Shown piece by piece: positions 1-12,226 of a stretch of 64,000 bases of DNA. The notes beneath the pieces are model-generated. The model did no database searches and was not told where the DNA came from. It saw only the letters and a list, made by a program, of their open reading frames with translations. The position numbers and the translations under genes were made by a program. Origin of the DNA: Selaginella moellendorffii (Eukaryota; Plantae; Lycopodiophyta); contig NW_003314269.1 in NCBI RefSeq assembly GCF_000143415.4, forward strand, positions 993,246 to 1,057,245. Reading direction: 5' to 3'. The first letter of the stretch is position 1. Every line of letters begins with the position of its first letter.

Positions 1-586
1 CCTTCAAGTGCTGTCGAGCAACATGCAGGGCCAGGAGCTCGTGTCGGCAAGATTCCGGATGCTCGATCTCCAAGATCACGATCGGCCGCTGCCTGAGAGA
101 TTCACGGTGGTGGTCTTGGGGAAAGATCGGCGCAGTTCGCTTGCCGCAAGGGCGGAATCGCTCAGGGTGGATTTTGGTGTCGTGGAGGACGCCAGGACGA
201 AGATCCAGGCCCAGATCGCCAATGCCAAGAAGCAGCCAAGCACCAAGAAGCACCCGAGCGCCAAGGCCAGGCGATCCATGGCAAGGAAGCAGCGGCCATC
301 GTCTGTGGGGGAGCAAGCGCTCGAGAAATTGGAGGAGAGACTCGCGGCGAGCAAGACAGGCATGAAGGTGGGAGACAAGCTGGCGAGGCGTGCACTGCTG
401 GAGGCTGGGAGGCTTGCGCGCGACACAGGAGGTGTGATATTCTCGGACAGCGTGGAGAGTCTTCTCGAGGGTAGCCATGCCGAGCTCTACCAGGCGGCCC
501 ACGAATGTGGTCGAGATAAGCTCCTGGAGTCATGTGAGGGAGAGGAGAGGTGGCTCACTCTCCATGCTTATGTCTATGATCCTTGA
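1..586 (+). CDS. 3' part of a gene for an uncharacterised protein (5' end outside window)
   Basis: GC-rich open frame from the window edge to TGA at 584-586 with natural-looking composition, followed by AT-richer 3' sequence. No family motif recognised. Confidence 0.55.
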   Translation, partial: LQVLSSNMQGQELVSARFRMLDLQDHDRPLPERFTVVVLGKDRRSSLAARAESLRVDFGVVEDARTKIQAQIANAKKQPSTKKHPSAKARRSMARKQRPSSVGEQALEKLEERLAASKTGMKVGDKLARRALLEAGRLARDTGGVIFSDSVESLLEGSHAELYQAAHECGRDKLLESCEGEERWLTLHAYVYDP

Positions 587-2072
587 AGTTCGAAGGCTTT
601 GTTTGTAAGTCAAGAACATTGAAATAAGTGGAACTTAGAGCTGGACAACAATCTCTTGCGGTGCTATTGAATTGGACCTAGGCTCCAATAAAGAACTTGC
701 CTCCAATCTCCACGGCAAAAGGGACCGAGACGCTGCGCTGAAGAGCTTGACCGAGCTTGAGACACTTATGAACTTCTCGCTCCAAGTCGGCCATATCTTG
801 AGCTTCCGATGCCTCCTCGCTGTAGCCGCCTCGCAAGTCCTCGCATCAAGTGCTCTTCACTCGTCTCGGACTTTGCAAAGCATGCACCGCCATCTTTTCT
901 GCAGTCTCAAAGGTGAAGATGCTAGCGCGCCAGTTTGGAGCAAGCAAAGACCAGGACTCAAAAGTCGTCCAGTCCATTCTCTTGAACTTGGGAGGAGCTG
1001 GCGATTCTACCTGGGCACTCGTTCCATACTTGTACGTTGCTCTCATGACGTCCCAGAGGCTTTAACAATAACGTTCACTGCTTATGTCCCATTTTTTTTC
1101 CTGTCGCTTGCATGCTGCTGTGGATTAAGCGCTTCGAGCGCAGAGCTGAGCAAAAGATGATTTCTCAGAAACATTCCGGGCAAATGATTGAGGCCTGGAT
1201 TCTGCAGAACATTGAGATGTCAATCAAGGCGATGATGGAAACATTCTGCGTCACCACAATGAGTTTGTCATCTGATGGAGCCACGTTTTTCTTATTTGAT
1301 ATTTTCTTGCCTCTGGCAATCTCACTGTTTTGTTTTGTAATCGTAGCAACTGATATTCTTGGACCAGCTCTGTGATCTTTCAAGCTATCTTCTGATGAGC
1401 CTTGCATTCCGTGTGCTGCGCTCCGTCCACGTAGAGGAGGAGGCGTCTTTGTTTTGAATTTTGTTGTTTCCTTTCTGAAGATTATAGATCGAATGAGCAA
1501 GCTCTACATCAAATAGATCTTTACGGGCTTATTCAGCGCAAGGATTGATCATTCTAAGATAAGTCTAAAGTAACGACCGATATTCTTTTGTGGGATGCGT
1601 TCTGGTCGATGTTATTTCTCTGGGCCAGAGTTGCGGACCTCAAGAGCAATACGGGCCTCCGGCGCCCGTTGATTGCATCATCTGCCAGCTCCTTTGCAAT
1701 CTGAGAGGGGGTTCACCCAACGAGGGTGGGTAAAGGGTCGTCTACTGCCGCCACCAGGTCTCGATGTTGCTGTTGGAGTGATCAGGTCAAATTTTTGCTT
1801 GGCAACTTTTTAGGTGTGTCTCATTCGCCATGCACTGTGGGTGAGGTTGATGCAAGAAAATTTGCCATGCATTTCTCTCTTTCCGGCACTGCTCGAGATC
1901 TACGCATGGAGGCATCCAGAGTTGCCCCCAATTTCTCTGTCCAGTAGTCTCAAGAAGCTGCATTTTGTACACTCCCTATATTATATTACATTTATATAGT
2001 TATACTTTTTTCTTTTTTTCTTTTTTCTTTTGTTTTTGTGTTAATGTTTACTTTGGTGGTGGGTTCGGCTTG

Positions 2073-3162
2073 TTATCTCCTGTACCGGAGTTCGACTGGT
2101 TGATTTCTTTCTGTATAGCATCCTGATAGTGACTGCAACCATTTGCTTCTGTTTTTGTCCTCGTCACTTTTTGACGATGCAAGTTCTGCAACTTCTCCAC
2201 TTGATGTTGTGTGCCATTGTTTGCAGATCTCCAGTGTGGGCTTCTTCAGATCTCTGTCGATTGCCATGAGCTCCCAAATACCCACCAGATCTTTCACCTG
2301 GTCGATATCCTTGTCAATGATGGCCCATGCAGCATGATCAGCATCCAGCTTCTTCAGGAATTCGTCCTTGGCCTCGACTGATGTTGCTCCCCAAACACGG
2401 ACTGTTACTTTCGATGTTTCAAACTGAAGGCTCGAGTTGGCAAACTCGTAGGACTCGGTATCAGAGATTTGTGAAAACTTACCCTCGGCTTTGCCATCGA
2501 AAAATGGCGAGCTGTAACTAACTTCACCTGAGATTTCCAGCTTGCGTAATCCTCTGCGCATCAGCAAGCATGGAGGTCTCATGGCTGCTGGTGACGTTCA
2601 CCTCCCTAAAGAGCACGCCACCAACATGGTACAAACCAGCATACACATGAGAGCTGTATTTCTCCAAGAAAGCTGTCGCCTCAGTAGCGCCGGTAACACG
2701 TCGAGCATCTGCCTTGGCTTCATCAGTCAAGGTCATTTGGAGTTGAGGGATCTGAAAGCACTTCATGGGGACATACAAAGACTCGGTGACGATGACCGTG
2801 CGAATTTTTTTGTGCATTTCTTTCTTGTGTTTCTCCTTCTCCTCTTCGGAGTAATCACCCTGCAGCTTCATGGTCAATTTACCCAAACTCACCCCGACCT
2901 TTGTCGCAAGAGTCCATCCTTGAGTGCTGAGCTTCTCTTGAAATGTATTGTAATCCTCAATGCTGGAGAACTTCAACGTCTCGGTCTTCTGTGGATCCAC
3001 CGGCCCCCTGATTGCTATATTGCTGGGGACCTGAAGGACGTGCGTGCTAAGCACTGGCCCAGGTTCTTTGCCACTCACTTTGAAACCACAGAGAGCCCGC
3101 CCACCACTTGCAGTGCCCAGAACACTTTCATTGGTCAGACTTGAATCATTCTCGCTAGCCAT
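2073..3162 (-). pseudogene. MACPF-like (pore-forming / GVIN1-VLIG N-terminal-like) gene with one frameshift near 2530-2550
   Basis: ATG at 3162 (MASENDSS). Motifs SVLGTASGGRALCG, FLEKYSSHVYAGLYHVGG (resembles the MACPF Y-G/S-S/T-H-x-GG signature) and WAIIDK...LVGIWELM. ORFs 2524-3255 and 2073-2582 overlap in different frames with no GT-AG intron at the junction. Confidence 0.65.
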
Positions 3163-4299
3163 GACCAAAGGAGGAGGATAGTATGTAGAAGGAAAAGAGA
3201 AAATGGTACAAATATGCGAGCCACCCACTAAGAAACGTTCTTCTCTAGAAAACAAAAGACTGCCAAACTCAGATGTATGCAGATTAGGTGTACTTTACTT
3301 GAGACTTGCAATTGGGATCTCTATAAATGCAAGCAAGCATAGAATCTCCTTTTATAAATGGACAGAACGCATTGTTAATATTGCGACAGGTCCAGGACGT
3401 CCAGACATCTTGTATCAAACATCATCCAAAGAAGGCTAAGCTCTAAGTATCGAAATTCTAAGTAGAATATGGATTCGCACAACTGAGATGGGTGACATAA
3501 CTTTCTCTGGGTAGAAGCTAGTCACCGCAATTTCTTTGACTTTTAGTTAACTGTGTTTGACTGGAAAGAAGGGAGAATTGAAAGGAAGGGCATTTGCATA
3601 AAAGAATTGCCTCACACGACACTCTGTTTCACCCACAGCTTTGGAATCCCACTCTCTGATGCAGAGTGAACACTCTCCTTGCCTGCCTTATAGTTCTGAC
3701 CACCAATGACCTCACATTGCTCCGCACCAGCAGTTGCCCTTTCTGGGCAAATGCTGGGAGTGCCAACATGCATTGTTGGATCCATTGAACCTGGTTATAA
3801 TGCACCATCCTTGGCATCTTGGCATCTGGACGTGCTCCCATTCTGCCTCCATTTCTGATCAAAATGCCTCTGTGTGCGCTCAGAAAAGAGGGCAACGTGT
3901 AATGTAAATAAGGTAAATAGAGCTTTGCTTGCGAGAAACTTCTCCGGATGTGGTATCCGCGCCTCCGACGTCGAAGCTAGATCACCAGGTACGAGTGTGG
4001 GAAAGTTCTCTTGCTCTGCTCTTTGTTCTTGTTCTTATCATTCCGTCTTTGTATATTGCAACGGGAATAAGCGTCGGATGCTTGGCGCCCGAGTGACTGT
4101 TTTTATCTCAAATCGGTGTCTGACACCTTTGATCGAGTCAAGTTTCTCTGTGCGGAATGTTTACCTACTGTTTTTTTGCTTGTGAGCTACCTATTGTGTT
4201 CTACCAATTCAGCGGTTTCCCTTTCGCGCGAAACTGCACAGGTCTTTGTCAAATTTTTAAGTTGCTTTCTCTCACAGTAGCCTCACAGTACTTTAATCT

Positions 4300-5712
4300 T
4301 TATGCTGCAGTCAGGAACTCAGGAAGGATCAGCGCACTGAAGCCTGAGTACACATTATAGTCATATGTTGAGAAGCTGTTGCTAATGCCCTTGCTTCCAA
4401 CAACTTGAAGAATTTGTGCGCCATCCCTCGTCACTTTGGCACTTTGCTGGCCTTTTTGGAACGGCATGGACACAGTCGTCACGCCTGCTTTAACAGGAAA
4501 CCTCTGTGTTGAACCTCCTGACTGCACCTCAACGCTGGCTGGGGACTTGAGCTTGGTGACCACATAAACACGATCATCCAACACATTCCCGTTCTGAGGC
4601 TTGCAAGGATCGTTCGTCGCAGTGGCTTTGGCGCTCTGCGAGTAGTAGAAGATGAAGACGGAGTCATCGGTGATTGAAGGCTGCTGCCCGGTCTTATACC
4701 AGCTGATGTAGTACGAGCCCAGCTCCAGGAACGCTTCGTGAGGAAAGTCCTGGTCGTTGGACTGCTGAGGTCCCCAATTCGGATTGTTCATTTTTGCAAC
4801 ATAGGTCCTCTCGACCCAGTCATTCCAGGTAACTATTTCTACAAAATCTGGTTGGTCTTTTATGATCTGCTCCCACCGTTTTATCCAGAGACCGGATCCC
4901 TGATAGTTCCCCTTCACCTGGCATCCACAGCTGGTCTGGTCCTTCGGAGTTGTACAGACATCGTTGCAGCATCCGTCGTGCTTGAAGAACCAGGGGCTGA
5001 CGCTCGCCATATACGACTTCCTAGCGTTCTTGCAAGCTCGAAGATACGCTTGATCTTTATCGTTGGAAGGAGAATTGAAGTTGTCCGCGCTGGAATAAGG
5101 CCAAGCCGAAGTATCCCAGGCATAAAGACCATCGATCAGCGAGTTGAACTTATTGATCATGCTGGTCACCTCCTGCTCGGTACCGCCGGTTGGAAAGAAA
5201 GTTACAAAGTAGTACTTGTCACGTCCACCAATCTGATCGAACACCGCCTTGTTCCAGCCCTCAAGCGCGTTGGAGTAGCCATCAAACACAGTGTCCTCGT
5301 TGCCGAGCCAAGTAGATACAAACTGCTTACCGTTATAGGAGTACTGGCTGGCCCTGCTCGAGTAGCGGGTAATCATCTCTTTGACATTCTCCGCAGTGAG
5401 GTGCGTGTTGTCCCTGTGCATGTCGAGCGAGAAGAAGATTTTGAAGCCAAGCTCGTCGGCAGCCTGGTAGATCCCGTCAGCGCGGGTCTTGTACACGTCC
5501 TCCCAGTTATTTGTGTTGAGCGCAAATGCATCAATCCCCTTGGACTTGGCGTACCGAATCTCGGCCTTGTAGCCATCCAGATTATCGGGACCTGAAGGAG
5601 CATAGAGCATGTAGTGAGCGAAGACAGGACGATTGGCATGACACTGGAAGCAGAATGACAGCAGGAGCAATGTCAGGGAGATGAGGCAATTCGGAAACCC
5701 CCTCATTTTCAT
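4300..5712 (-). CDS. Secreted glycoside hydrolase family 71 (alpha-1,3-glucanase/mutanase), single exon, ~470 aa
   Basis: N-terminal signal peptide, then GH71 motifs in order: VFAHYM, GIDAFALN, FKIFFSLDM, GKQFVSTW, IDGLYAWD, YMASVSPWFFKH, PDFVEIVTWNDW, PHEAFLELGSYYISWYKTG. C-terminal beta-sandwich ending YDYNVYSG. No stops or introns. Confidence 0.93.
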   Translation of the reverse strand: MKMRGFPNCLISLTLLLLSFCFQCHANRPVFAHYMLYAPSGPDNLDGYKAEIRYAKSKGIDAFALNTNNWEDVYKTRADGIYQAADELGFKIFFSLDMHRDNTHLTAENVKEMITRYSSRASQYSYNGKQFVSTWLGNEDTVFDGYSNALEGWNKAVFDQIGGRDKYYFVTFFPTGGTEQEVTSMINKFNSLIDGLYAWDTSAWPYSSADNFNSPSNDKDQAYLRACKNARKSYMASVSPWFFKHDGCCNDVCTTPKDQTSCGCQVKGNYQGSGLWIKRWEQIIKDQPDFVEIVTWNDWVERTYVAKMNNPNWGPQQSNDQDFPHEAFLELGSYYISWYKTGQQPSITDDSVFIFYYSQSAKATATNDPCKPQNGNVLDDRVYVVTKLKSPASVEVQSGGSTQRFPVKAGVTTVSMPFQKGQQSAKVTRDGAQILQVVGSKGISNSFSTYDYNVYSGFSALILPEFLTAA

Positions 5713-7324
5713 CTTCAATTTGGGATCGGAGGCCTGTGTTTAAATACTCTTGGGAGTTCTCCGCGTGTACGCTACGGAGCAGCGGCAAGAGGACGTTTTC
5801 GCACGTCAGTCAAAGAAGGCACAGGTATTTCTTTGACTTCGACAATGTTAGCATGTTCTAGGAAACTTCGGGATCGGGTTGCAGCAAAGAACATCTTTTA
5901 ATATTTTGAATATGACAGGCTGAAATTCAAGTTGAGAATCTGACGCCTTGGAACTCTACTCAGTGGTGATGATCGACAAGGATGGATAACAATTTTGAGT
6001 TTTCAAAGTACACATACATCCATAATTGGCTTGCTGGCTCATGTTTTAGGCTTTAACTGGAGTTTCCACAATTTAATGGTTGACCTAACCATTAAATTTA
6101 GTGTCTTTAAGGTTAGGGCTGGCTGCCGTGGATTTAGCCTTCGAATGCAGACTACTCAACTTTCATAACCAACTTTCCTCATTTACAGCTTTTTAAATTA
6201 TAATTTATAAAAGGTTTGAAAAAAAAAACATTATTTTTATTAAAAAAAGTAAAGGAAAATAGGGAACAAAATATTTTAATTTTAAAGTGAATATCTAAAA
6301 AATATGCTCACCCCTTACAGATTTACAAGTGGCATAAAGAAGATTCACAATGGTTGCTAATAAAAACACATGGGGGGTGGACCAATTCTACATTGATGAG
6401 AATGGGAAGGTGGCTTGATTATGGCCTGACTGACATGGCCAAGGAAAGTTCTGCGGCTGCCTAACACAAGTCCTTACCTTGGACTTACACAGGTGAATTT
6501 GGCATGTGTTGTGCTGGAACAGAATAAGAAGGTTGAAAATAATGCTGGAATCACGAGAGGGTGTAAGTAGGCAAGGTGGAAGAAGCAGATTGAGAAGCAT
6601 CCTCAACAGCTATGAGGAACCCTTTTTTCTGGCCAATTTTGTTGGGGCCCCATCAAACAATTATTCATAATTATTGTAAGGAAGAATAATATACTTATAG
6701 TTGGCAAATTAGCATTAAAAAAACACACTAGAGTGCCACCTATGCTGAAAAATTGTACTTGGTAATGACAAATATACTCAGTCAAAAAAAAAAAAAAACC
6801 TCTTTGACCCAATGACCACTAAACAAGCGCAGACCTGAATTTAAATTGTATGATATCTACATTTTAATAATGTTTATGTCCCAAGAGCCTCTGTGTTGAA
6901 CGTCTCAATTGGCAAAAAAAAAAGAAGAAAAATATACTCAATCAACAAAGATAAATTTCACTAATAAATTTTATTCTTTGGCCCGATGACGACCTGGTTT
7001 TGGCCACTAAAAAGAGCACACTCCTCAACTGTTCCAAATTGGTTTGATATGCCCTGTGGGAACCACTTGAAGATGAATGGCCTTGAAGCGTTTTAAATTA
7101 GGCCTCTTTTGGGGGACGAACTCTTCAATCTGCTGGCGGAAATCATGGAGCATGGCCCGCTTCTGGATCCTGTCTGCTGGTCAAGCAGCGAGTGTCAACC
7201 AGATGTTCCTTGGGGAGTTCAAGGCTTGACTTTTTACTAGTTTTCGGAATTACATTCTTTGATGTCCAAAATTATCTGGATACACGGGTTTCAAGTTTTA
7301 GGGCTCTTGTTAATTTGGACAGGT

Positions 7325-8855
7325 ATGGGGTCGGAGCGGCAGCTGCTTGAATGCATAGATATCTCTTCGCCGGATGTGAAGAGCCTGGCTCTACAGCTAA
7401 GAAAGGTGAGTTAAGCTGTCGATCTTCGCATTTCGATGCATTTGGATTCTTGTTCAGGCATGCTTGGAAACTGGGTTCTTCTACGTTATCAACCACGGGA
7501 TCGGCGAAGCCTTCATGGAGGAGGTGTTTAATCAGACCCGGAAGTTCTTCAAGCTTCCCTTGGAAGAGAAAACGAAGGTGCTACAGGACAAGAGAAATCG
7601 GGGCTATACTCCCTACAGCGAGGAGAAACTCGATCCTGTCAAGCAAATTGCTGGTATGGAAACTTGTGGCATGTTGGCTCCAAAATTTAAATTTGGATGT
7701 GCAGGGGATTCGAAGGAAGGCTATTATATCGGCCTTGAAATCCCGGAAACTGATCCTAGAGCAAACGAGCCTTACCAAGGACCAAATCAGTGGCCTTCAC
7801 CAGGTTTGGCTATGGTTTTGAAACTATGCTTGCTGTAACTTACCATGTTATGCTCACCAGAGTTACTACCAGGATGGAGGCAAACAATGGAGAAGTACTT
7901 TCAAGAGGTCGAGTAAGTCATATCTCCTGCCATTTTCAAACGTGTTTTTTTTTTTTTTTTTCAGGAATTTATCTAGGCGGCTCATAAAACTCATTGCGAT
8001 CTCTCTGGATTTGGATGAGACTTTCTTTGATAAACCAGGGATGTTTGATCATCCAATGGCACTGTTGCGGTTGCTTCACTATCCAGGTACCGGAAGAATC
8101 ACTGACGAAGAAGAATAACTACGTTTGGTACACATTCAGCTGGAGTTACGAATCCAGAGAAGGGAGAGTTTGGTGCTGGCGCTCATAGTGACTATGGGAT
8201 GCTTACGCTTCTTGCGACTGATAGTGTTCCTGGTCTTCAGGTAATGAGCCAGAAACACTGGTGAGGTTTTCGATCCTGATAGTTTGATAGATTTGCAAAG
8301 AGAAAGATGCCAAACAGCAAGTGTGGGAGGACCTACAACCGATCAAAGGGTATGTTTCAGAATTATGAGAGTTGTTCTCGTCTGATGTACACTGCAGAGC
8401 TTTCATAGTGAACCTGGGAGATATGCTCGAACGATGGACGAACAATCTATACAGGTTAGAGATTCTGCTGCAGAATTAAAATAATGTTGACGTTCATGGC
8501 ATCGAAGGTCAACTCTGCACCGCGTTCTGAACCATGGAGAAGAGCGCTACTCGGTAAGCATGACGAACGCCTTTGTTGTTAGTGTGATTCTAGTAGGAAC
8601 AAACACAGATACCTTTCTTCATGGAGCCAAATTTTGACTGCATTGTGGAGTGCCTGCCAACCTGCTGCAGCCCGTCCAATCCGCCAAAGTGAGTCCATCT
8701 TAAATTGAAATCAGCAGACTCATACCTGACTGCCGGCTTCTTCGTACAGATATCCTCCCATCAAGAGCGGTGATCACCTCACATACCGTTACCAGATTAC
8801 TCACAAAGGCTTGGATGCAAACGCTAAGGAAAGTGTTCCCCAACCTGTCCACTAG
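7325..8855 (+). CDS. 2-oxoglutarate/Fe(II)-dependent dioxygenase (DIOX_N + 2OG-FeII_Oxy), about 11 exons
   Basis: Exon 1 7325-7405 (MGSERQLLECIDISSP), intron 7406-7457, then ACLETGFFYVINHGI. Later exons give NRGY, KEGYYIG, GPNQWP, LRLLHYP, GAGAHSDYGMLTLL (HxD), FIVNLGDMLERWTN, STLHRV (distal His), ERYS (RxS) and YPPIKSGDHL. TAG at 8853-8855. Introns ~50 bp, GT-AG. Confidence 0.92.
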
Positions 8856-8972
8856 GACGGTGGCAATGTAATGTGTATGGTGCCTTCATCTTCGTGAGTT
8901 GTCCAAAAAAAATCGTGCTGAGCTTGGCTCGTATATGGTAGGCGTCAGAGCGTTGCCGGTAAGTATCTGAAA

Positions 8973-9850
8973 TTATGAGGCCTCGGAGATGACTTTGCCG
9001 GCTTTCTTGATGTTTTCCAGCGCCTCGAGCATCTCTGAGTTCTTTGTCCTCATAAATACTTCATGCAGCAGGTCATAAACGCCAGCGGTGAACGGACAGA
9101 GCATGTAGTTGAAAACCTCCGAGATCTCTGACAGTCGGTTCATTCGCTCGTAGGCTCTGATCATAGTCTCGTACACACCAGGCGTTCTGTTGATTCCTTT
9201 GTCGAGGATTGCGGTGAAGAAATTGATTCACGACTCGTAATAGCCAGCTTTGAAACACACCTCCAACAACAGCACGTAGACGCTGCCTCTGATCCAACAA
9301 GATCTGTCCATCTCCTTGAAGACTGAAATGGTGTCATCCCAGCGTTCAGCCTCAGCGAAGGCTTTGATCAACGTGATAAAGAACTGCTCGCCGAGCTTAA
9401 CAGTTTCGTGGTCCACAGTTTTCAGCAGCTCCAAGGCTTCGTCGTAACGGCATGCCCTGCAGTAAAGGCCCAGCATGATCACATATGTTGCTTCATTAGG
9501 CCGGCTCCAGCTGCTCAGCTTTCACGTAGGATTGCGACCGGCAATTGTAGAGGAAAACATCCGGCTCGATATCACGATCCTTCATGACTTTGAACAGTGC
9601 TTCTGCTTCCTCAGGCTGACCTGCCCTGGCGCAAGGTGGTGTAGGCCAATGCCCTGAATTTTCATTTTAGTAAGCAGGACCTTTAGAATTTTGGTGTCGC
9701 TCAAGTCTTTGCAGATCGAAAAGAGCGCTGATGCAAACGCCTGTGAAACAACCGGTTCGACTTGCACGGGGTGGATGCAAGAATGCAGAGCAAGGTGCTT
9801 CCACCACAAGCACCACTCACTCAGTTCGACGCGGGCCTTCTGGTATTCTA
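8973..9850 (-). pseudogene. Pentatricopeptide-repeat (PPR) protein pseudogene
   Basis: PPR-type helices (CARAGQPEEAEALFKVMKDRDIEPDVFLYN, PNEATYVIMLGLYCRACRYDEALELLK, FFITLIKAFAEAERWDDTISVFKEM, VYETMIRAYERMNR). In-frame TGA at 9228-9230 and frame breaks near 9500 and 9640. Confidence 0.8.
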
Positions 9851-10231
9851 TGTTTAGAAGTCTTATGATCTCAGAGAATGCATTTGTTTTTCATTCAGGA
9901 TCACATCCATGATTGAGTTGTTTGAACTGTTGAATGCGGCATAGCTGACTTTCTCTTAATAATCATCATTGCTTGAGTTGGAAAAAAAAAGTCACCTTGT
10001 GAGGGTGAGAAGTCGAACACATTACCATGGATGCCTAATTTGGGAGGTGAAATCAGCAATATTTTGGAGAGGCAACTAGGGGATGCAATTGGAGATGGTG
10101 GGGATTTGTAATAGTATGGAGAGGGTGGAGGAGATGCAACAGGAGGAGAATATAACTACCAGCATGCATCCTATCTGCAGCCTTTGATATATAAGTGTTG
10201 GTTGCGCTCCATGTTCTCCAAGTTTCTCAGC

Positions 10232-11440
10232 ATGAATTTGCACAGTAGAAAAACCACATCTCTCCTTGTTGTGATGGCGCTATGCTTGTGTTTCGTTGCT
10301 TCTTGTGGGGTATGGGTAAGGTATACAGAGAGGCCTCGACTAGGCCCCAGGCTAGCGCACTGATTTATCAGGTTCGGAGAATTCTACAAGGTGTACTTAA
10401 TCAGTCCCCGAACTTCAACACTGGTGAGCTGATTGTAGATGATCTTCCCATAATTGACGCGGTACATGTCGTCAAGATTAAGGTTTGGGTGTTGAACACT
10501 GTCTCATGTTCACCTACCGTCCTGGGGAGAACCACTGTACCAGGGAGTTCGTCGCCTCTCCTTGCAGCTATGTGGGAAGCAGCCGAGACCAGTGGATATG
10601 GTGGCATTACAGGCACCAATCAGTACTTGGAGATTCAGTGTATTCAAACTGATGGCGGCGGTACTGGTGCACAGCCAAGTGCGCCTATACCTGCACTCCC
10701 CACACCTGATGCTGCTGCACAAAGGAACTGGGACTGTCACGCCCACTATAATACCATGTTCAGCAAGGTCAATTATAAGGACAAGTATGAGGCTGGGACG
10801 TTACCACGGATGTTCGAAAGACATTCCCGCTGCATTCCTGAGGATCCACTCCTTAATAGAAAGGCTGGTTGTGAGCTTGTGCTGCACCTTCTTCTCACAT
10901 TCTCATTGTACATTTTCATAGTAGAGGAACGATGTCTCTCCTTCTCGTTGCGTCGGTGCTATGCCTGTGGTTTGTTGTTTCTCGCGGGGTGTTTATAAAC
11001 CCTACAAGGAGACCTGCTGCATTGACTCGGAGCAGGGCCGCTGCGATGATGAATACAATTGCGGATTTGCTAGGACATTTTATTAGATTCTGGAATGGTC
11101 AGAATGGTCGTCGCTCAGCGCTTCATAGCTTATGGTATAAGTACATGGTGAATAGACATGACTGTAGGGTCTGCTGACTAGGCAGATGATGAGGATGAAT
11201 GCTATGTCATCGATCCTCACTAACCCAGCTACGTGACGGGCGACTTGCTTGTAGACTATCGAGGGATTAAATATCCGGATTAAGGCTGGGGTTTTGAGCG
11301 AATATGCGTGTTCAGCTAACCCAGATTGGGGAAGGGAGATACCACTGGATCAGTTGCAGAAACATGCTGCGACTCTCGTGACAGCATTGGGGCAGGAATA
11401 TGCTAGCATTGCAGAGCAACTTCGCGTGAAGACGTACTAG
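10232..11440 (+). pseudogene. Multi-exon gene for an unknown, probably secreted protein, with stops/frameshifts in the 3' half
   Basis: TATA-like GATATATAAG ~45 bp upstream. MNLHSRKTTSLLVVMALCLCFVASCG resembles a signal peptide and is followed by a GT donor. Coding-like blocks continue to ...EQLRVKTY* (TAG 11438-11440) but contain internal stops. Confidence 0.5.
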
Positions 11441-12226
11441 TAAAAAAGTATGGCCAGAAGCCCAGAAGCACAGCTTCAAACTCATCTGGTCTTAAATACA
11501 TGAACTCCTCAGGAAAGGCATAACGAAGCAATGCGAACAAGAATGCGGCTGGTGCCATAGACGAAATTCCCACAGTCCATGACGTGCTGTAAGTTGGAGA
11601 TATTTCTCAAGAGGTTTTCGTGGCTGTAACTCGTTTGATTTTTGTTTTCTTTGTGGTGGTGGTACAGAATGCCAGCGCAAAGATGCCAATTGATAAGGTG
11701 GTGACTCACGAAGATGCTGCAAGGGTTCAAGCCGCGGGAACAGTGGTGGAGTCGCACAGCGTGGTGGAATTGCAGCGACATTACAGTCCGCTGCGGACAA
11801 GAATGCAGCATCCGACTTTGAGCCCCGGGACGGGCAGGCTGGAAGGATTCCAAATGTGTAGAGACTTCAAAATTTTGTTAAGGTTTTGTAAATGAACTGT
11901 TCATATTCATTTTTCATGGTCAATAATTTCGGGTTCAAGATGAAATGATTAACTTTCAACTTATGATCCTGATTCAAAACTTTTGACCTGAACTCTCATC
12001 AAGCTCGAAAAATTCCCTTATGAAATTTTCATAAGTTTTCTAACCTCCATATGGTCCTGCTTCCATTCTGATGCCAAATTTCATCATTCTCAAGATGGAA
12101 GGATAACTTTCGACTTATGTAGTCCTGATTCAAAACTCTCGAAAAACATCATATCTGCAGAAGAGGCTTGACAACTTTCAAGTTCATTCCTTTTTTTTCA
12201 TATTTGTTAACATTTTTTAAGCATGA

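Noticed and set aside
672-1950. Possible gene(s) between the first ORF and the MACPF-like gene
   Set aside because: Coding-like fragments on minus, but I could not establish a consistent frame, splice model or motif.
4738-5595. 285-aa plus-strand ORF
   Set aside because: Antisense shadow of the GH71 gene with no independent motif.
11620-11895. Small secreted peptide
   Set aside because: Starts at GTG with no in-frame ATG before the hydrophobic stretch; no family motif.
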